From: Lingula anatina
Lineage: Eukaryota; Animalia; Brachiopoda
Assembly (NCBI GenBank): GCA_051362555.1
Contig: CM120640.1
Location: 57,080,788 to 57,144,787 of the forward strand
DNA: 64,000 bases
Direction of reading: 5' to 3'
The notes under the pieces were generated by a model that saw only the letters and a program-made list of their open reading frames with translations, had not been told where the DNA came from and ran no database searches. Shown here piece by piece: positions 14,938 to 29,676 of the stretch; position 1 is the stretch's first letter, and each line of letters opens with the position of its first letter. A program made the translations under genes and the position numbers.

Positions 14938-15940
14938 TCTATAACCAAAGCAATTTTACAACACAATGAATGTTTTTTTAATGGCAACCAATAAAATAAT
15001 TATTAACAGTAGAAAGACATCATAACTAACACCTTCAAATGTTACATGCCTATTAGTATCATACTACTGGCCAAGCCATTAAAATAGATTACTTTCAGAT
15101 GAGGGGGGAAACACCTATAATGTGCACTCATTCATCAAGAAAAAGTTATGGATAAGGTCCATACCACTTATAGAAAATATCTCTTAAAAAGTGGGCAAAC
15201 ATGTGATACAAATTTGTGTGATTGCTTGGAATGGCAGTATATATATAGGGGGCAGAGCACAGAACCCCTAGGTCGACAGTAAATTAGGTAGATAAATGAT
15301 CTCTGTGAACCCCTTTTATTTGTTTTCCAAACAGAAACCTGGGGAGACTTATAATCATCCCATTCTGACAGACTGCTGCAGGATCTGGACATATTTTACT
15401 GAGTGTTAATACTGATAAGAGAAAGAAAATGGTTCCAAGAACGGTGAGGTAAAGAATGGCATACTTTACCATATTAATTATATCTTTCTGCTTGTAGTCA
15501 CTAGTTCTATATTAAGTATGATACTTTCTTTCTCGCCAATACAATTTTTTTTATATCACAGACAACAATCACATTTACCTAATGCTTCACAAAATTTATG
15601 AAAAACACAAAAATAAATAATAAGAAGAAAAAAAGAAATAAAGAAAAAAGAACTGACCATATATGAAAAAAAAAATGACATGCAAAAATTCAGATTCAGG
15701 GAGGTAACAAAATAGTTTCAAATAGATAAAACACATTTTACTTTAATAAAATATAACAATAAAATCACAGACCATCTAAAAAAAATCTATACTTTATATT
15801 ATATAACTTGCATCTTTATAATATGCCTAACAACTAAGCCAAACTGTAACTTCAATATCCACCTGTACTGTTTATACTGAAAACTAGCTACATTTCACAT
15901 ACAACATCAAAGAACTCTTTACTTTCATACAGCTAAACAA

Positions 15941-16798
15941 CTATTTTGATTTACTATCAGGACCTGTGTTTGTGCCTTGGGTCTGCTGGGCAGTTGCCAG
16001 GGATTGTGCCAGAAACCACTTTTCAATGATAGTGTTATCTGACCTGATGAACAGGCAAACAAACTTCCATCCAGCCTGCAGTAACATGGACCCATACATT
16101 AGTCGGGTGGACTGACCACTGGTACCCTTGGCCCCCCATTTTGACTTCTCAGTATTATGCTTGATCAATTCTTTGGGTAATAATTCTTGGACAGTGGACT
16201 CATTTGGACCCTGAGGGCCTATAATTTGTATGGAATGTGCAGCACTCTCCTTGATTTCCAGGTAAAATCCTCCTGAGGAAGGTTCCTTTGGAGGAGGGGG
16301 TGGTTCCTCTTGCTTGGTCATCTCATGCAGACAATCCAATAAAGGTTTGATCTGGAAAAAGTCAGCCTCCTTGAGGAGTTGAGAGAACTCGATAAAGTTT
16401 TCAGGCAAACTCAGATCTCCTGATCTTAAGAAATTAAGCACATATCGAAAAAGAACCCCATCTCGATCAATAAAATAATTTCCTTTGTTATCTCTTGTTG
16501 TTGGCATTGTACCACTGAACATGGCTCCTAGCATAGAATCTGGATATCTTAATAGAGTGGAGCGAGAAGTAGTATACACAACTCCACCAACATTGACATT
16601 TACAATCTCTTCTTGGCCCATTCTTTTATCATAATTTACATCCGAGTTCCTACAATGTGCACAACAGGGTGAGGTCCCTGGATCACCATTGGGGATTGAC
16701 TTTGTAGAACAAGGGGTGTTACACTGATTTTCATTTTCTCCCTGATTGTCTTCTAAATCTGAGTTGAAGTTAGCAAAAGTGGTATTTCCATTCTGCAT
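15941..16798 (-). CDS. BTB/POZ domain protein, KCTD6/KCTD21-like, copy 3 (single coding exon, N-terminal extension)
   Basis: 285-aa ORF; VNVGGVVYTTSRSTLLRYPDSMLGAMFSG..GNYFIDRDGVLFRYVLNFLR..EADFFQIKPL. C-terminal part homologous to copy 2 (YLEIKE..GPQGP..RLMYG..GW..EKWF). Acceptor near 16934; candidate upstream donors near 17360 and 19334. Confidence 0.93.
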   Translation of the reverse strand: MQNGNTTFANFNSDLEDNQGENENQCNTPCSTKSIPNGDPGTSPCCAHCRNSDVNYDKRMGQEEIVNVNVGGVVYTTSRSTLLRYPDSMLGAMFSGTMPTTRDNKGNYFIDRDGVLFRYVLNFLRSGDLSLPENFIEFSQLLKEADFFQIKPLLDCLHEMTKQEEPPPPPKEPSSGGFYLEIKESAAHSIQIIGPQGPNESTVQELLPKELIKHNTEKSKWGAKGTSGQSTRLMYGSMLLQAGWKFVCLFIRSDNTIIEKWFLAQSLATAQQTQGTNTGPDSKSK

Positions 16799-19334
16799 GC
16801 TGTAAATTCTTAATGTATCATAGTAAGAGCCAAACTGCTGGAATGAAGTAAAATTTTCCCTGATACCTCTGTGGTAAGTGGTTGATGTACCTTTGATGCT
16901 TCTACTGGAAATAGTATGTTAACTCATCTCTGTCTGGAAGTAAAGTGGAAGTGATTTAAATATAATTGTGTAGTAACAACAAAAATAAATATCTCTAGCT
17001 AAACCAATGCAATTTGAAAGTTATGTAAACTTGAAACAAAAAAGTTCATAAAAATGAAAATGAAAATACAAATTACCAGTTCAACTAAAAAAAATTGCTG
17101 ACATCTCTTCTATGTTCATCTGTATTTGAACAGTGTGATCTGAAGTCTGGCAAATCACTATCATTTACATACATGTCCAATCAGCATATAAACATGAACC
17201 AAATGGATTCCTAGCAACACTACTGGTAAAATCAACACAGCCGGATGCTAGTAATAACTTAGACTGGTGCATTCATACGCAGGAGAGCTGTTACTACCAT
17301 ACTAACAAGAATGTGAACTACACATTTAAATCAAACCAAGAAAAAGAATGTAGTTCTTACCTTGGTGTTAGCCAAGTTTACTGTAGGTTAAAATGCAGAT
17401 GGTGTCAGTTCCACTCTATGAAACTTGGTGGACATAGCAGTGGTAAATTAGTGATAATGAGGTAAAGTAAGAGCACACCAGTGTTCTTTATGCCTGAGAC
17501 TGAATGCCAGCCAGCATGAACAGAATCCACGCATGCACACTATAAAGAGAGATCACTAGTATTATGTTGGTGGTGTGCAGGTAGAACTTCTGTTGTTCGT
17601 CAACTTTATATTATCAACAGTTAATCACATATGCCTGTGCTGACACATTTCAGCATTTTCACTGCTGGCTAGCTGAACATTCTGCACCTTTGTCCAAGGG
17701 AAGACGGATGGGGAAAATTTGTCAATCTATATTGGAAGCTTCAGGGAAACTGGAGTTTTCTGCCAGAAATAAAATAGATAGGCTTGTTACATTGTACTGA
17801 AGCTAATGATACTCTGATCTTTGAAAAAAAGCAGTATCAATAAAGCTCCCTACAGTGTATTTCCCACAGCAGAAGTTGGATACATCTGTAAACTTTATGG
17901 GTTGATCATCTGCACCCTTTTAAGCTTCATCATAAAATCAACACTGTAAAAAAATCTCAACTCCTAACCCCCCCTCCCTGTTCCTTGTGGTCACTGCTAA
18001 GGTAACATTTTACTATATTACCATTGACAGCTATCTGTTGCGTACTATCATCTCAGCCAGTCATGATGAAACTACATCTGCTCGATGCTCTCGAAAGTCA
18101 CCTATCATAGAGTGCAGATTAACAAACCTCAATATGGTATTTGATGGCCCAACTGAACCCTGAGTAAATAGTTTTCTACAAAAAAGATTTCATTAATGAA
18201 AGGATGCCTGACCTTTGCATTCAAGCAAGCTACACAACCTTGCTATGGCAAGGCATTATCATATGCTATAACTTGCTCGATCTGCTACTCACTCATTATT
18301 AATCTAACCTGTATTAATAATCATACATTATCAAAAAGTATCAAAACACAAAATATGATAACGAACATAGCCTACTTTTATAGTTTGCTTATATTTAGAA
18401 GTTAACCTTAATATTTCTATTTTAATGATGGTAATGCTACTTCACAAAGTATCTGTAGAAATATTTATGCCTATAATATACATTATATATAATATACATT
18501 CTAAAAGACAATAATAATTCTTTTTTTTCTGTTCTCTGTCATATGCATAACACCACAAAACCACACTAAAAAGACATGCATGTCCATTTGAAAGTCACTT
18601 GGTTGTGCTAGCTGAGCCAAGTTGTGCAGAACACAATTCCTTTCTTGAACCACTTCAACAGCTCTTTTCAACACAATAAACCATTACTAGCACATGAGAA
18701 GAAAAAATAAATGCATATCAAAATCTTTAGTCTTCTAATTTGTTGTATTTCCCATTTCTAAAAAATACTCTATCACAATCACCATTTCCTAAGGTAACAA
18801 ACTGAACAGATTTTTCAATAGCCAAAGTTTCACCATTCTATTTAATAGCTTCATACACCAAAAGATTATCTGAACAGAGAATCAATCTGAATGAAAGACC
18901 TGTCAATTAAATCTTTAAAAACATATACCTTCATTTATTTCAATGTACGAGTGCGGGTCTAGACTTAGTCACGTGCCCCACCAGGAGAACAATAGCACTG
19001 AAGCACTGGCTAAGAATGCACCATGGGCATTATGCTAAAACAATATTTGACAAAATACGCGGGTTTGATTTCTCAAATCTTCTCAGTAATGGGCTATAGA
19101 AGTAGATCGATGCACTCCCTCTCCCATTCTACAATCAGACCTGGTAAGTATTGAAAGTATATCGTGGAAATTCCAAATAAGTTGAGTTACTGAAATCTTT
19201 TATTCGGGTCTTGACTTGTGTATTGTTGCAAATTATACTTCGTTACGCTTGAATACACCAAGACTTTGGAGCGAACGAAAGGTTGGAAGGCCTAGAGCTG
19301 TAAATTCTAGTTTCAAAAGATAAACACTTGCTTA

Positions 19335-19950
19335 CCTTCAAGGGTGTATATTTCTGTGTTAACAGCCCTGGTTACAGCTTACTAGTACATTAGGATTTCA
19401 TCTTCATTGATGTAAAACATAATATAATTCGCGAGTAGTACGGACGAACATAGGGCCAATTCTATAGATCATCAAAACTGAAGTAAACAATATAAACGGC
19501 ATAAGACTGTATCTTATTATATTTATTGCTCTTTTGTTGTAATTCATCTCATAAAATATTGAATACATACTTTGGAATTAGCATTTTTGTGTAGGAACCA
19601 CATGTCCATCATTACGTAGCGCTATAGAGGTGGTTGGATCTAAAATTAGATTTTCTTATCATCGGGTGAATGGCAAGTACAAAATAAATACCTGACAGCG
19701 TGGCTGCAGCACCAAGGCTGACAAAATGCGTGTCTGTTTACACTGATAATGACACGATGTAGGGACGGAGGTTGCGTTATATCAACAAGGATCCACTGGG
19801 GATTAGGGTCCATTAACTGGGTTAGCTCACAGAAAACGCACCCTTCTATTCATCAGAGTCTAGTCAAATTCAGCGATACTTGTCTCACGCTCACACAGTG
19901 TTCATTTACAATTTTTATTTTACGAAAAACATTGATATTAAGGTGCCAAG
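19335..19950. promoter_or_regulatory. Putative divergent promoter region (KCTD cluster on -, choline kinase on +)
   Basis: Locally CpG-richer segment between a minus-strand donor (AG|GTAAGC near 19334) and the kinase ATG at 19951. Confidence 0.45.
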
Positions 19951-22900
19951 ATGTCTGAAGTGACGCCAGAAATTCGCGCATCTGCTCTGAAGTATTGTCA
20001 GCAGCTTTTACATGGCGCCTGGAAAGAACTGAAACAAGATCGTTTCCAAATCAAACAAGTTAGGTAAGAATAACCCGTACGTGCTCTAGTGCTTTTATCT
20101 TTGAGTGAGTCGTTTGGTTATTGACGTCTTGTATTTCTCATTCTTTTGAATAGTTTAACTGTAATATTACCTGTTGCTTCTGTTAATACTAGTACTATTA
20201 AGTTGTATATAGAAGTATAAATTGACACGCTTTCTGTTTTTATTGAAATATAACACATTTCAACTAAGTACATCTGACTAAATAACTGTTTTGTAGAAAG
20301 TTAATTTGAATTTTGCATAACCTAAATTTTACTATCTGAAAATACGTTTTATGCTATTCATTTTGTTGAGCCCTAACCAGAGATTAAAAAAAAAAAAAAA
20401 AAAAAAACCTGACATCAAAGAGACAGAGGCAGCACTGCTTTTTACCTCTTACATATGGTTAATGATTTAAGTTAAGAAAACCACTAAATCCGCGTAACTC
20501 TGGTTATGTTCTGATCTCTGAATTAAAGTAATACCAATTAGTATAGGGTGTCATATTCATTTTTGAGAGCTTGTTATGAACTCCTTAGAATTTTTTTTTG
20601 TCCAGCTATTATTAACAAGTTATTGTGTCTGGGTTGTTGATGAAAGATAAAAACATTGTGCATATAATGCACATTTTTATGTACAGACACAGATGTGTCT
20701 GTACATATAGCCATCATCTGCGTCTGTCGTCGCCGTCGCCGTCGTCGCCGTCGCCGTGCACTTTTACCGATAACACGATAAATGGAAAACTGTTTTTTCT
20801 TTTGGTATGAAACTTACAGAACTGATGAATATTCATAATACGCAGGTCAAGTTCGAAAATCAGCATGATCGGGTCACTTTTAGGGAATTTATGCTGTTTT
20901 TTCACTTTTTTCAGCATATATGCAGCACCGATAACACGATAAGTGAAAAACCATTTTACCTTTTGGCTTGAAAGTTACAGAACTGATGAATATTCATAAT
21001 ACGCAGGTCAAGTTCGAAAATCAGCATGATCGGGTCATTTTTAGGGAATTTATGCTGTTTTTTCACTTTTTTCAGCATATATGCAGCACCGATAACACGA
21101 TAAGTGAAAAACCATTTTACCTTTTGGCTTGAAAGTTACAGAACTGATGAATATTCATAATACGCAGGTCAAGTTCGAAAATCAGCATGATCGGGTCATT
21201 TTTAGTGAATTTATGCTGTTTTTTCACTTTTTTCAGCATATATGCAACCCCGATAACACGATAAGTGGAAAACCATCCTACCTTTTGGCTTGAAACTTAC
21301 AAAACTGATTAATATTCATAATACACAGGTCAAGTTCGAAAATCAGCATGATTGGGTCATTTTTAGGGAATTTATGCTGTTTTTTCACTATTTTTCAGCA
21401 TATATGCCGCATGATAACACCATAAGTGGAAAACCAATTTACCTTTTGGCTTGAAACTTGTAGAACTGATCAATATTCATAATACGCAAGTCAAGTTCGA
21501 AAATCAGCATGATTCGATTATTGTTAGGGAATTTATGCTGTTTTTTCACTTTTTTCAGCATATATGCAGCACTGATAACACAATAAGTGGAAAACTGTTT
21601 TTTCATTTGGCTTGAAACTTACAGAACTAATGAATATTCATAATATGCAGGTCAAGTTTGAAAATCAGCAAGATCGGGCAATTTTTATGGAAGTTATCCT
21701 GTTTTTGTTTTTTTTTTTCAATTTTTTCAGCACTTTTATAACACCGATAACATGATAAGTGTAAAAATGTTTTTCCTTTCCTTGGATTGAAATTTACAGA
21801 ACTGGTGAATATTTATTATACGCAGGTCAAGTTTGAAAATTGGCATGATTGGACTATTTTTACAAAAGTAATGCTGTTTTTTTCCCTTTATTCAGCATAC
21901 ATGCAACACTGATAACGCATTTTAAGGAAAACCAATCAGCCTTTTGTCTTGCAACTCACAGGAGTGATCAATCTGACCAGTATACAGATCAAGTTTGAAA
22001 ATAAGCTTGATCCGTTAAGTTTTGATGAAGTTATTAGCCTTTTTGTATATAAGTGGTTTTTCTTCAGATTTAATTCTTAAGCATGTTAACAGTCTCATAA
22101 CGGTACTAATTGGATATGTTAAAGTGTTGTTTTAACATTTTCTGCTTCTTAACAATATTGTTAGTTGATTATATAAAAATGACGGTAAACCTATTATCCT
22201 GCATTGTGTAATAAAGTATCAAAAATGGAAAGGAACTCATCATTGCAGTTCGTCAGATTCAATCATTCACTATGTTCAGAATCTCCAAATGGAGCTAATT
22301 GGACATTATAAATTGTTCTATTGATATTTTTCCTATGTCAACAATTTTCCTAGTTGATCATTTAAAAATGACAGTTAATTGATGATGGTTTTATGTAAAA
22401 AAGGTGTTGAAAATGGAAAGAAAATCATTTCAGTACAGTTATCTCTTGTTAACATTTTGGCATTTTGAAAGTGTGACCCTAACTTCCATGTCCTTGGAGA
22501 CCTTTCCATATCACATTTTCTGAATATCCATGATACTTTTATTTTTTTATAAAAAATTTGATGGTCATTATGCTGTTAAGTATTATGTTATATTGCATGA
22601 AAGTTAAAGAAAACCCTATTTTGGACACTGCTGCCAGGATAGCGATTAAGGGAAAACCATGTTACTTATGATAATCAACCTTACTGAAAAGAGTGAAGTG
22701 CAGCTTGTGTTGGAAAACCATCGTAATTGTTTTCTGTTTTGAAAGCAATGCAGTACAGTGCTATTTGGTGCAATAAATGTATATGGATAGTAGGCAGTTA
22801 ATTCAGGGCCATAAAATAATTTGCTTAATTGATTTTCAAGTTATTTCAGGGTTATAAAATAATTTGCTTAATTAATTTTCAAGTGGGTATTAAATGAGAT

Positions 22901-24923
22901 TACATAAAAACACATTGAGATTTCATTGTAAAGTCCCATCGGTTTAGCTTTCTTAACTGTGTCACATAATTAGGAATCGATGATTATTATGCAGGTAAAT
23001 GTTATTTAATATGGAAAATAAGTTTACAAAAAAAAAAATTTGTGTAACGCTTACATTAATGCTAAAGATGAATAACAGTGCCTTATTATTCTCAAACTCA
23101 ATAGGGTTATTCATATCATGTTAGTAATTGTACAGCTAGATTAAAAGTTTGAATAGCAGCTTTATTGGTATTTTTTGTTATGTTTTATTTTACATTTTCT
23201 TTTAATTTTTTATGCTGTTTTTTCACTTTTTTCAACATATATGCAACATTAATAACACAATATAAGAAAAACAGCTTAGCCAATTGTCATTATACTCACA
23301 GGAGTGGTCAATCTTACAAAAATGCAGGTTGAGTTCGAAAATCAGTGTTATCGGGCCATTATTTTAGAAGTTGTACTGTTTTTTCAAATTTCCTCAGATT
23401 CAATTCTTAGGCATGTTAACAGTCTCATTATTGAACTAATAAGATACGTAAAAGTGTGTGTTTGATATTTCCTGCATCTTTACAACATTGTTAGTTGATT
23501 ATGTAAAAATGATGGTAAACTTGTTATCATGTATTGTGTAATCAAGTGTCCAAAACGGAAATAAACTCATATCATTGCAGTTTGTCAGATTCAATCATCC
23601 ACATCTGCCATGATGACCATGATGGGAAAATCGTGTTCGTTATGATTGTCAAACTTTCAAAAAAGAAACACAGGACTAAAATGCAGCCCAAGTTGGAAAA
23701 GCAGTCTAATGGGCTTCTTTTTCTGGAAGTTATTCATTTTAGTGAAATATTCATTATCTTTTTGGCATATTCATTGTGGGACTCGGAGCTCCCATGGACA
23801 TGAAGCCGGATGGTAATCAAATTTTCTACATGTTCATGCTATTTATAGTCAATAATCAAAAATTGGTGATAATTATTCTATAATTTATTATGTAATGTTA
23901 CATCAAAATTGACAATAATCTTTTTGCACTGCTACTGCAAACATTATGAAAAGAAAACTGTGTTATTTATTATTATATTTAACTTAAGAGTATGATTTTT
24001 AGGATTGGCATGCAGTTCAAATTAGAAAGCCAGGTCAATTGGGTTATCATTTATTATTGAATTTAATGCAATTTTGTGTGAAATTTCATTTTTCTCATTC
24101 TGGCACTTTCTAAGTATAAACTTGAACTCTGATGGGCCTGAAGCCTTATGCTTTTACTCTCATCGGTGTTACCTGTTGTGCAAAATTAAAATTTGATGTT
24201 GACTGTGCAGTTAAAGGTACATACGAACCGAGCATCGGTGGAGTGTGGATTCCGAGTAACACATGTAAACCACTTCTACTAGAATCTTATATGACTCAAA
24301 TAAATTTGACAAGCCAAGGGATAAACTGAATAGATCACTCGATCAGCCAAAAAAGACCTTTAGACTGCTCCTTTCTTTAAATTTATGGTTGTAAATTTAA
24401 CCTACTTCCGTGACCTACTTTCCTGCCCCATTGACATACAGCTTAGAATGCCAGCAGAAAAATCTGTTCAAACATCATTTTCGGGTAAAATTAAACAATG
24501 CTTTTTGGTAATTCTCTTAGTTATACTACTTGAAACTATATCCTGGCATTTGGTTGGTTTTTGTGACAAAAAATTGACTTTGTATGCATCTTTAAACATA
24601 ATGTATTATTGCATCAGAAGTGGTAGTCTCCTATTTTGTGCATTATTGTTTTGTGCTCTTCTTAAGTTGTGACTTATGGGCCTGAAAGACCTTTGAGAGG
24701 GTCAGTCTATAAATTTCCCTTGGGTATCACTTCGCTAATTTCAGTTATAAAGTAATTTGCCTAATTGATAGGCTACATAAAGCACACTTGTGATTTGAGA
24801 TTACATAAAGCACACTTGTTGATATTTCCCTGTAAACTCCCATAGGTTAAGCTCTCTGCTAGATTAATAATAAGGAAGCAGTGATAATTATGCAGGTAAA
24901 TTTTGTTTAATATTGCAAATAAG

Positions 24924-24991
<68 letters not shown>

Positions 24992-27900
24992 AACTGAAAG
25001 ATTAAAAGTTTGAATAGCAGCTTCATTGGAATTATATTTACCTCTGCCAAGGAGGTTATATTTTCACCCCTGTTTGTCATCAACATAACTCAAAAAGTTA
25101 TGGACCGATTTTGCTGAAATTTTCAGGAACTGTCAGAAGTGGGCCAAAGAGGACAAAAATCAATAATAATCAACAATTGCTACCTTGGCAGAGGTCTGCA
25201 CTCTCGGAGTGCTTTTCTAGTTTTGTTGTTTTCCTTTATAATTTTTTCTCAAACACTTGCATTTGTGACTTTAAACTCTCATCCGCCTGAGACTCTGACA
25301 TTTCTGTTTTTCCACATAAGCAGTTGTATTGTTTTTTATGTCTTTAAACATTATGTTACTTATGTAATATTATTTTATGCACTGTCATCATTTTTCAAAT
25401 ATTGAGACTTACATCATGTGAATTTGAACTCTCATGGTCCTGAAACTGTAATCTTATTGAAAGGGTAGATTGAGACCATCTTCTGGGACTTCCGGAAGAC
25501 AGTCATGCAGGTTATTAAGTTTATATTGCCTGGTATCTATTTTTTCTTCTGTTGGAAGACCATCAAAATGGAGGATGGATCAAAATAGATACTTTGGAAT
25601 ACTGTCAGAAAATATCTGTGGGTCCGCTCATGTTATTGACCATTTTACCTGTTGTGCATGATTAAAATTCAGTGTTGACTGACAGTGCTATTATAAGCAT
25701 TATTTATTATTGCATCAAAATTGACAAAATGACCTATTTAATTTTTGCATCTTTATTTTCTGTTTTTTGTCTGTACATTTGACAGCTTTGCTGCCTTGTT
25801 ATTGTTGTATGCCAGATTCTCATTTGTTTTTTGTTTGTTTTTTAAAATATTACTAAACCTGTACAGGCAGGGTTATTATTTGATGAACATGATTTAATCA
25901 GTTTTAATTTCATTCTGATGTATGATGTAGTGGAACTTGAACAAATCATTAAAAGATTTTATAGCATAGAGGCAGACTAAAGATGAAATAAAATATAAAT
26001 ATTGAGAACTTGCTCCAGTAAATTAATGTAAAAATGCAATTTAATATCTGCCTGTGCTGAATGTTAGCACAGAGCAGTTTTCTCTATTGTGATCTTTCCA
26101 TGTCTCGGTGTGCTGACCAAGTAAAGTATTTGCCTTAAGATGATAATGTTCTTGTTGGTCATATGATGTTGGCATAAACCAGTTAAGGAATTTGTTTAAT
26201 TTGTAAAAAATGTACTTGTGTAAATCTTGGAAGAAAATTCTAATATTGATTTCTTTCCTTATTACCTTAAGCACAGTAAGTCCAAAGTCCACCTCAGCAG
26301 TATGTTTATTGATTGTATGGATGTGTAGTTGTATTTCAAGCTCATTGAATCATCAGTCACATGCTTACCATCTTCCTTTATATAAAGTGTGAAAGATATA
26401 TTTCTTTAGCTTGACACTGTTCCAAATAGTGAACAGTCTTTTAAGATACTTTATTTTAGATAGAAAAGACATGAAGACAGACAGGGAGATATACGTATAA
26501 TACATATATATAACTTTTTGAAAGATTAAATTTTTTCCAAGAAAAAACACCCAACTTGTTTTGTATCTTTAAAGAGAATATATTTTGAATAGAGATATAA
26601 TGTTTGTTGTGGCATTACAGTGAAGATATCATTAATATTCAACAGAGAAAATTACTTGAGTCCAAAAAGAACAACAGGAGAGTATTATCTGTGAGTATGT
26701 CGGATCCAGCTGATTGGGGAATATTGTAGATATTGCAGTGTATTCTTTAGGAAATACATACATAATGTGATATAATCAGTAGAGGCCATTGCAATTGTAA
26801 CATTTGATTGGTCAGATTGAATTGACCTTAGGTGCTCAGGGTTGATAGTATGATCCTAACACCAAAAGTGAATGTTTATTTATCAATTATAGCAAATAGC
26901 GGAAATAAAAGATATTAAATATAATTGGGAGATGGTTTTCATAATTCATTGGCAAAATTACTGCAGCCTTTAGAGTGCTTTAGTTATACATGTATTACTT
27001 GCGCAGTGTCATAATGCAGTGCCAGATGTCTCTGCTTAAGGGTGCTTTATACATCCAGCTGGTCTGGGGGATTCCTTGATAAGTATTTTCAAAACCACTG
27101 TTACCAGAAGCAAGTGAATAAATACTACCCCACCTTCAATAATTGCCAACCTCGTTAAGTATCCATGTCAAGGTGTTCCTGCTCGAGCAACACAGGGTGA
27201 CTCCTCATCTCCACCAACACCAACCATTATTGAACCGAGCAAATAATTTCTTCCTCTCCTTTCATATAGCAACTATAAAAGTTATAATTATGCATACTTA
27301 ATTTTGTGGGTAAAAATGTTATTTATTTCGGGTTTCAAGGGTATCTCAGTCCCAGAGCAGGTATAGCTCATTATAAATTCTTACAGCTTTGTGTAGTCAT
27401 TGAGAAGTGCTACAAAAGGTGTTTTTTTTAAAGGTATCTTGCATATTTTATCAGTAAAAAGCGTGAAATTATCCCTTTCTACATTTTTTTGTATTACTGG
27501 GGCCTTATGTCTGGAACAAAATGTTTTATTCAAAATCATGGACAGAATTCCATGCATGTTTCCTGCAAATATCTACTCAGTCACTGAGAATTACATGATT
27601 GTTACTGTATCCCAAATGATTAACTAATTAAATTTCAAACCATATCTGATCCATAACCAAAATTTTAAAAGGAGAAACTGCCCATTAAACTTCCAGAGTG
27701 GAACTGCCAGTTCAGCTATCTTTCACCTGTATAGCAATGATTTATTAAGTGTAAGCAACCTGCCTGTATGTAATTTTAACAATTTACAAAGATGAATATA
27801 TAATTTAAAGTACTGAGTAATATATATATGTTTTTTTGTATTACTGACACACACACACACACACTTTTGCAACAGATTTTATACTCTGCTGTGAAAAAAA

Positions 27901-29632
27901 TAATTTTCTTTTCACATGATTGAAAAATAAAATTCAAACAAGATCACATACTTAGTAGATATCTTCTTTAAGATAAAAGACTGTGTGAACACAAAGGACT
28001 AGTATAAAAAAATCACCCTCTCCCCTTCATTTTGCCTGTCAGACTATTCTGTTTGTTGCAGAGATGGATACTGAATTTGGCTGATAGCATTCCCCATGTT
28101 CTACAAAGCCTCTTCATGCAATACATGATAACAGTTATGTCATGCAATACACACATAATGCTACCAGTTCTGGGTTGGTTATGGTAATGTCTTTGTAACA
28201 GTATCAGCTATCTGGTTGAAATATGGTGACTTACAAGTAACATAATTTCATGCTAATTCTACATTACCAAGCCCGATGTATGACTTATATGATGTATTTA
28301 AAATATTGCAATTGTTATTGATTATGTAGATGGTACATTGATGACCAGTTTGATACTGTATTTCCAGTGGAGGTCTCAGTAATTACCTATATGTATGCTC
28401 ACTTCCTGAAGATGGACACGTGCAGAATGGAGAGCCCAGGCAGATCCTGCTCAGATACTATGGAGAGATCTTGACTGGCAATGCAGATGCTGTTGTCCTA
28501 GACTCTGTTGTATTTGCCTTATTATCAGAGAAAAAACTGGGCCCCAAGTTATATGGAGTTTTTCATGGAGGCAGGTTAGAGGAATATATCCCAGTAAGTG
28601 GTGACTTGTTACAGAGAGTATTTTGGTTCACTGAAATTTGACATGAAGCTCTCAATTGTTCTCTTGAGTTTGGTTTTGTTAAAATAGAAAATGTACATGC
28701 TTAATGTTTCATATTTTTTTGCTATCATCAAAACTTCTACTTAACTGGTCATATTCAATCCACAAAAATAGTCATTTTGGTTGGCATTTTTTAAAAGGTG
28801 TGACTTTGAATTTTGATTGGCCTGAAGACCTCTGCTAGTTACATTTTCTAAATATCTATGTTAGCTATATAAACATGTAAACATCAATATTACATATTTT
28901 TGAGGGGATTTTTATTGTTTTTGATCAGCTAAAAGTTAGATGCATTATTGAATAATTAGATGAAGGAAAAACCTTATTTTTGGTATCTGGATGATAATTA
29001 AAGGTTACGATGCCTTAAGCATTATGTAACATTGCATCAAAATTGATAAAAAAATTCATGTACTTTTACTACAAATACACTGAAAGAAAAACTGTGTTAC
29101 TCATTATTTTGTAACTTACAAAAGTGATTGATATACAGCTCAAATTTGCAAACCAGCTTGATTGAATTATTTTTATATCTTGTTGTTTGTACATTTGACA
29201 GCTTTGCTGCCTTGTTAATTTGTGAATTTGAACTCTCATGAGCTTGAAGCCTTATGCCAGTTACATACTCTAAATATCCATGTTACCTGTTGTGCATATT
29301 TAAATTTTGGTGTTGATTTTGCTGTTAAGCATTATGTAATATTGCATCAAATTGACAATATAACCTATTGTGTGCACCATTTTTTTTGCTATTATGTCTG
29401 TAGATTTGACAGCTTTGCTGCTTGGGTTATTATTATTATTATTATTATTTTTTTTTTTTTTTTGGGGGGGGGGCAGAATTCAATTTAATATTTTAACTGA
29501 ACTACTGCCAATTTGTCCAGGATCAAAGTACAGTACAAATTTTTCGGATACTGTAATTTTTAAAGTCTTAAGTTCTTAAAATAAGAACATCCCTATGGAG
29601 TGGTAGCAAAAAATTGAAAATTAGCCTACTTT

Positions 29633-29676
<44 letters not shown>

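Larger units (their letters stand above)
20674..25800 (+). mobile_element. Large composite Helentron/HINE-like element(s), family A, in kinase intron 1
   Basis: 5' end: T-run, ATGTACAGACA sub-terminal repeat, its inverted copy (20696-20706), then a (CGTCGC)n microsatellite and tandem array. 3' end: TGTCTGTACAT (25768-25778), GACAGC-TTT-GCTGCC hairpin, TTGTT. Contains internal duplications and a nested element; may be several adjacent copies. Confidence 0.7.

Noticed and set aside
20767-22040. Regular repeat array resembling a CRISPR
   Set aside because: Units repeat in full with no unique spacers, the context is eukaryotic, and there are no cas genes.
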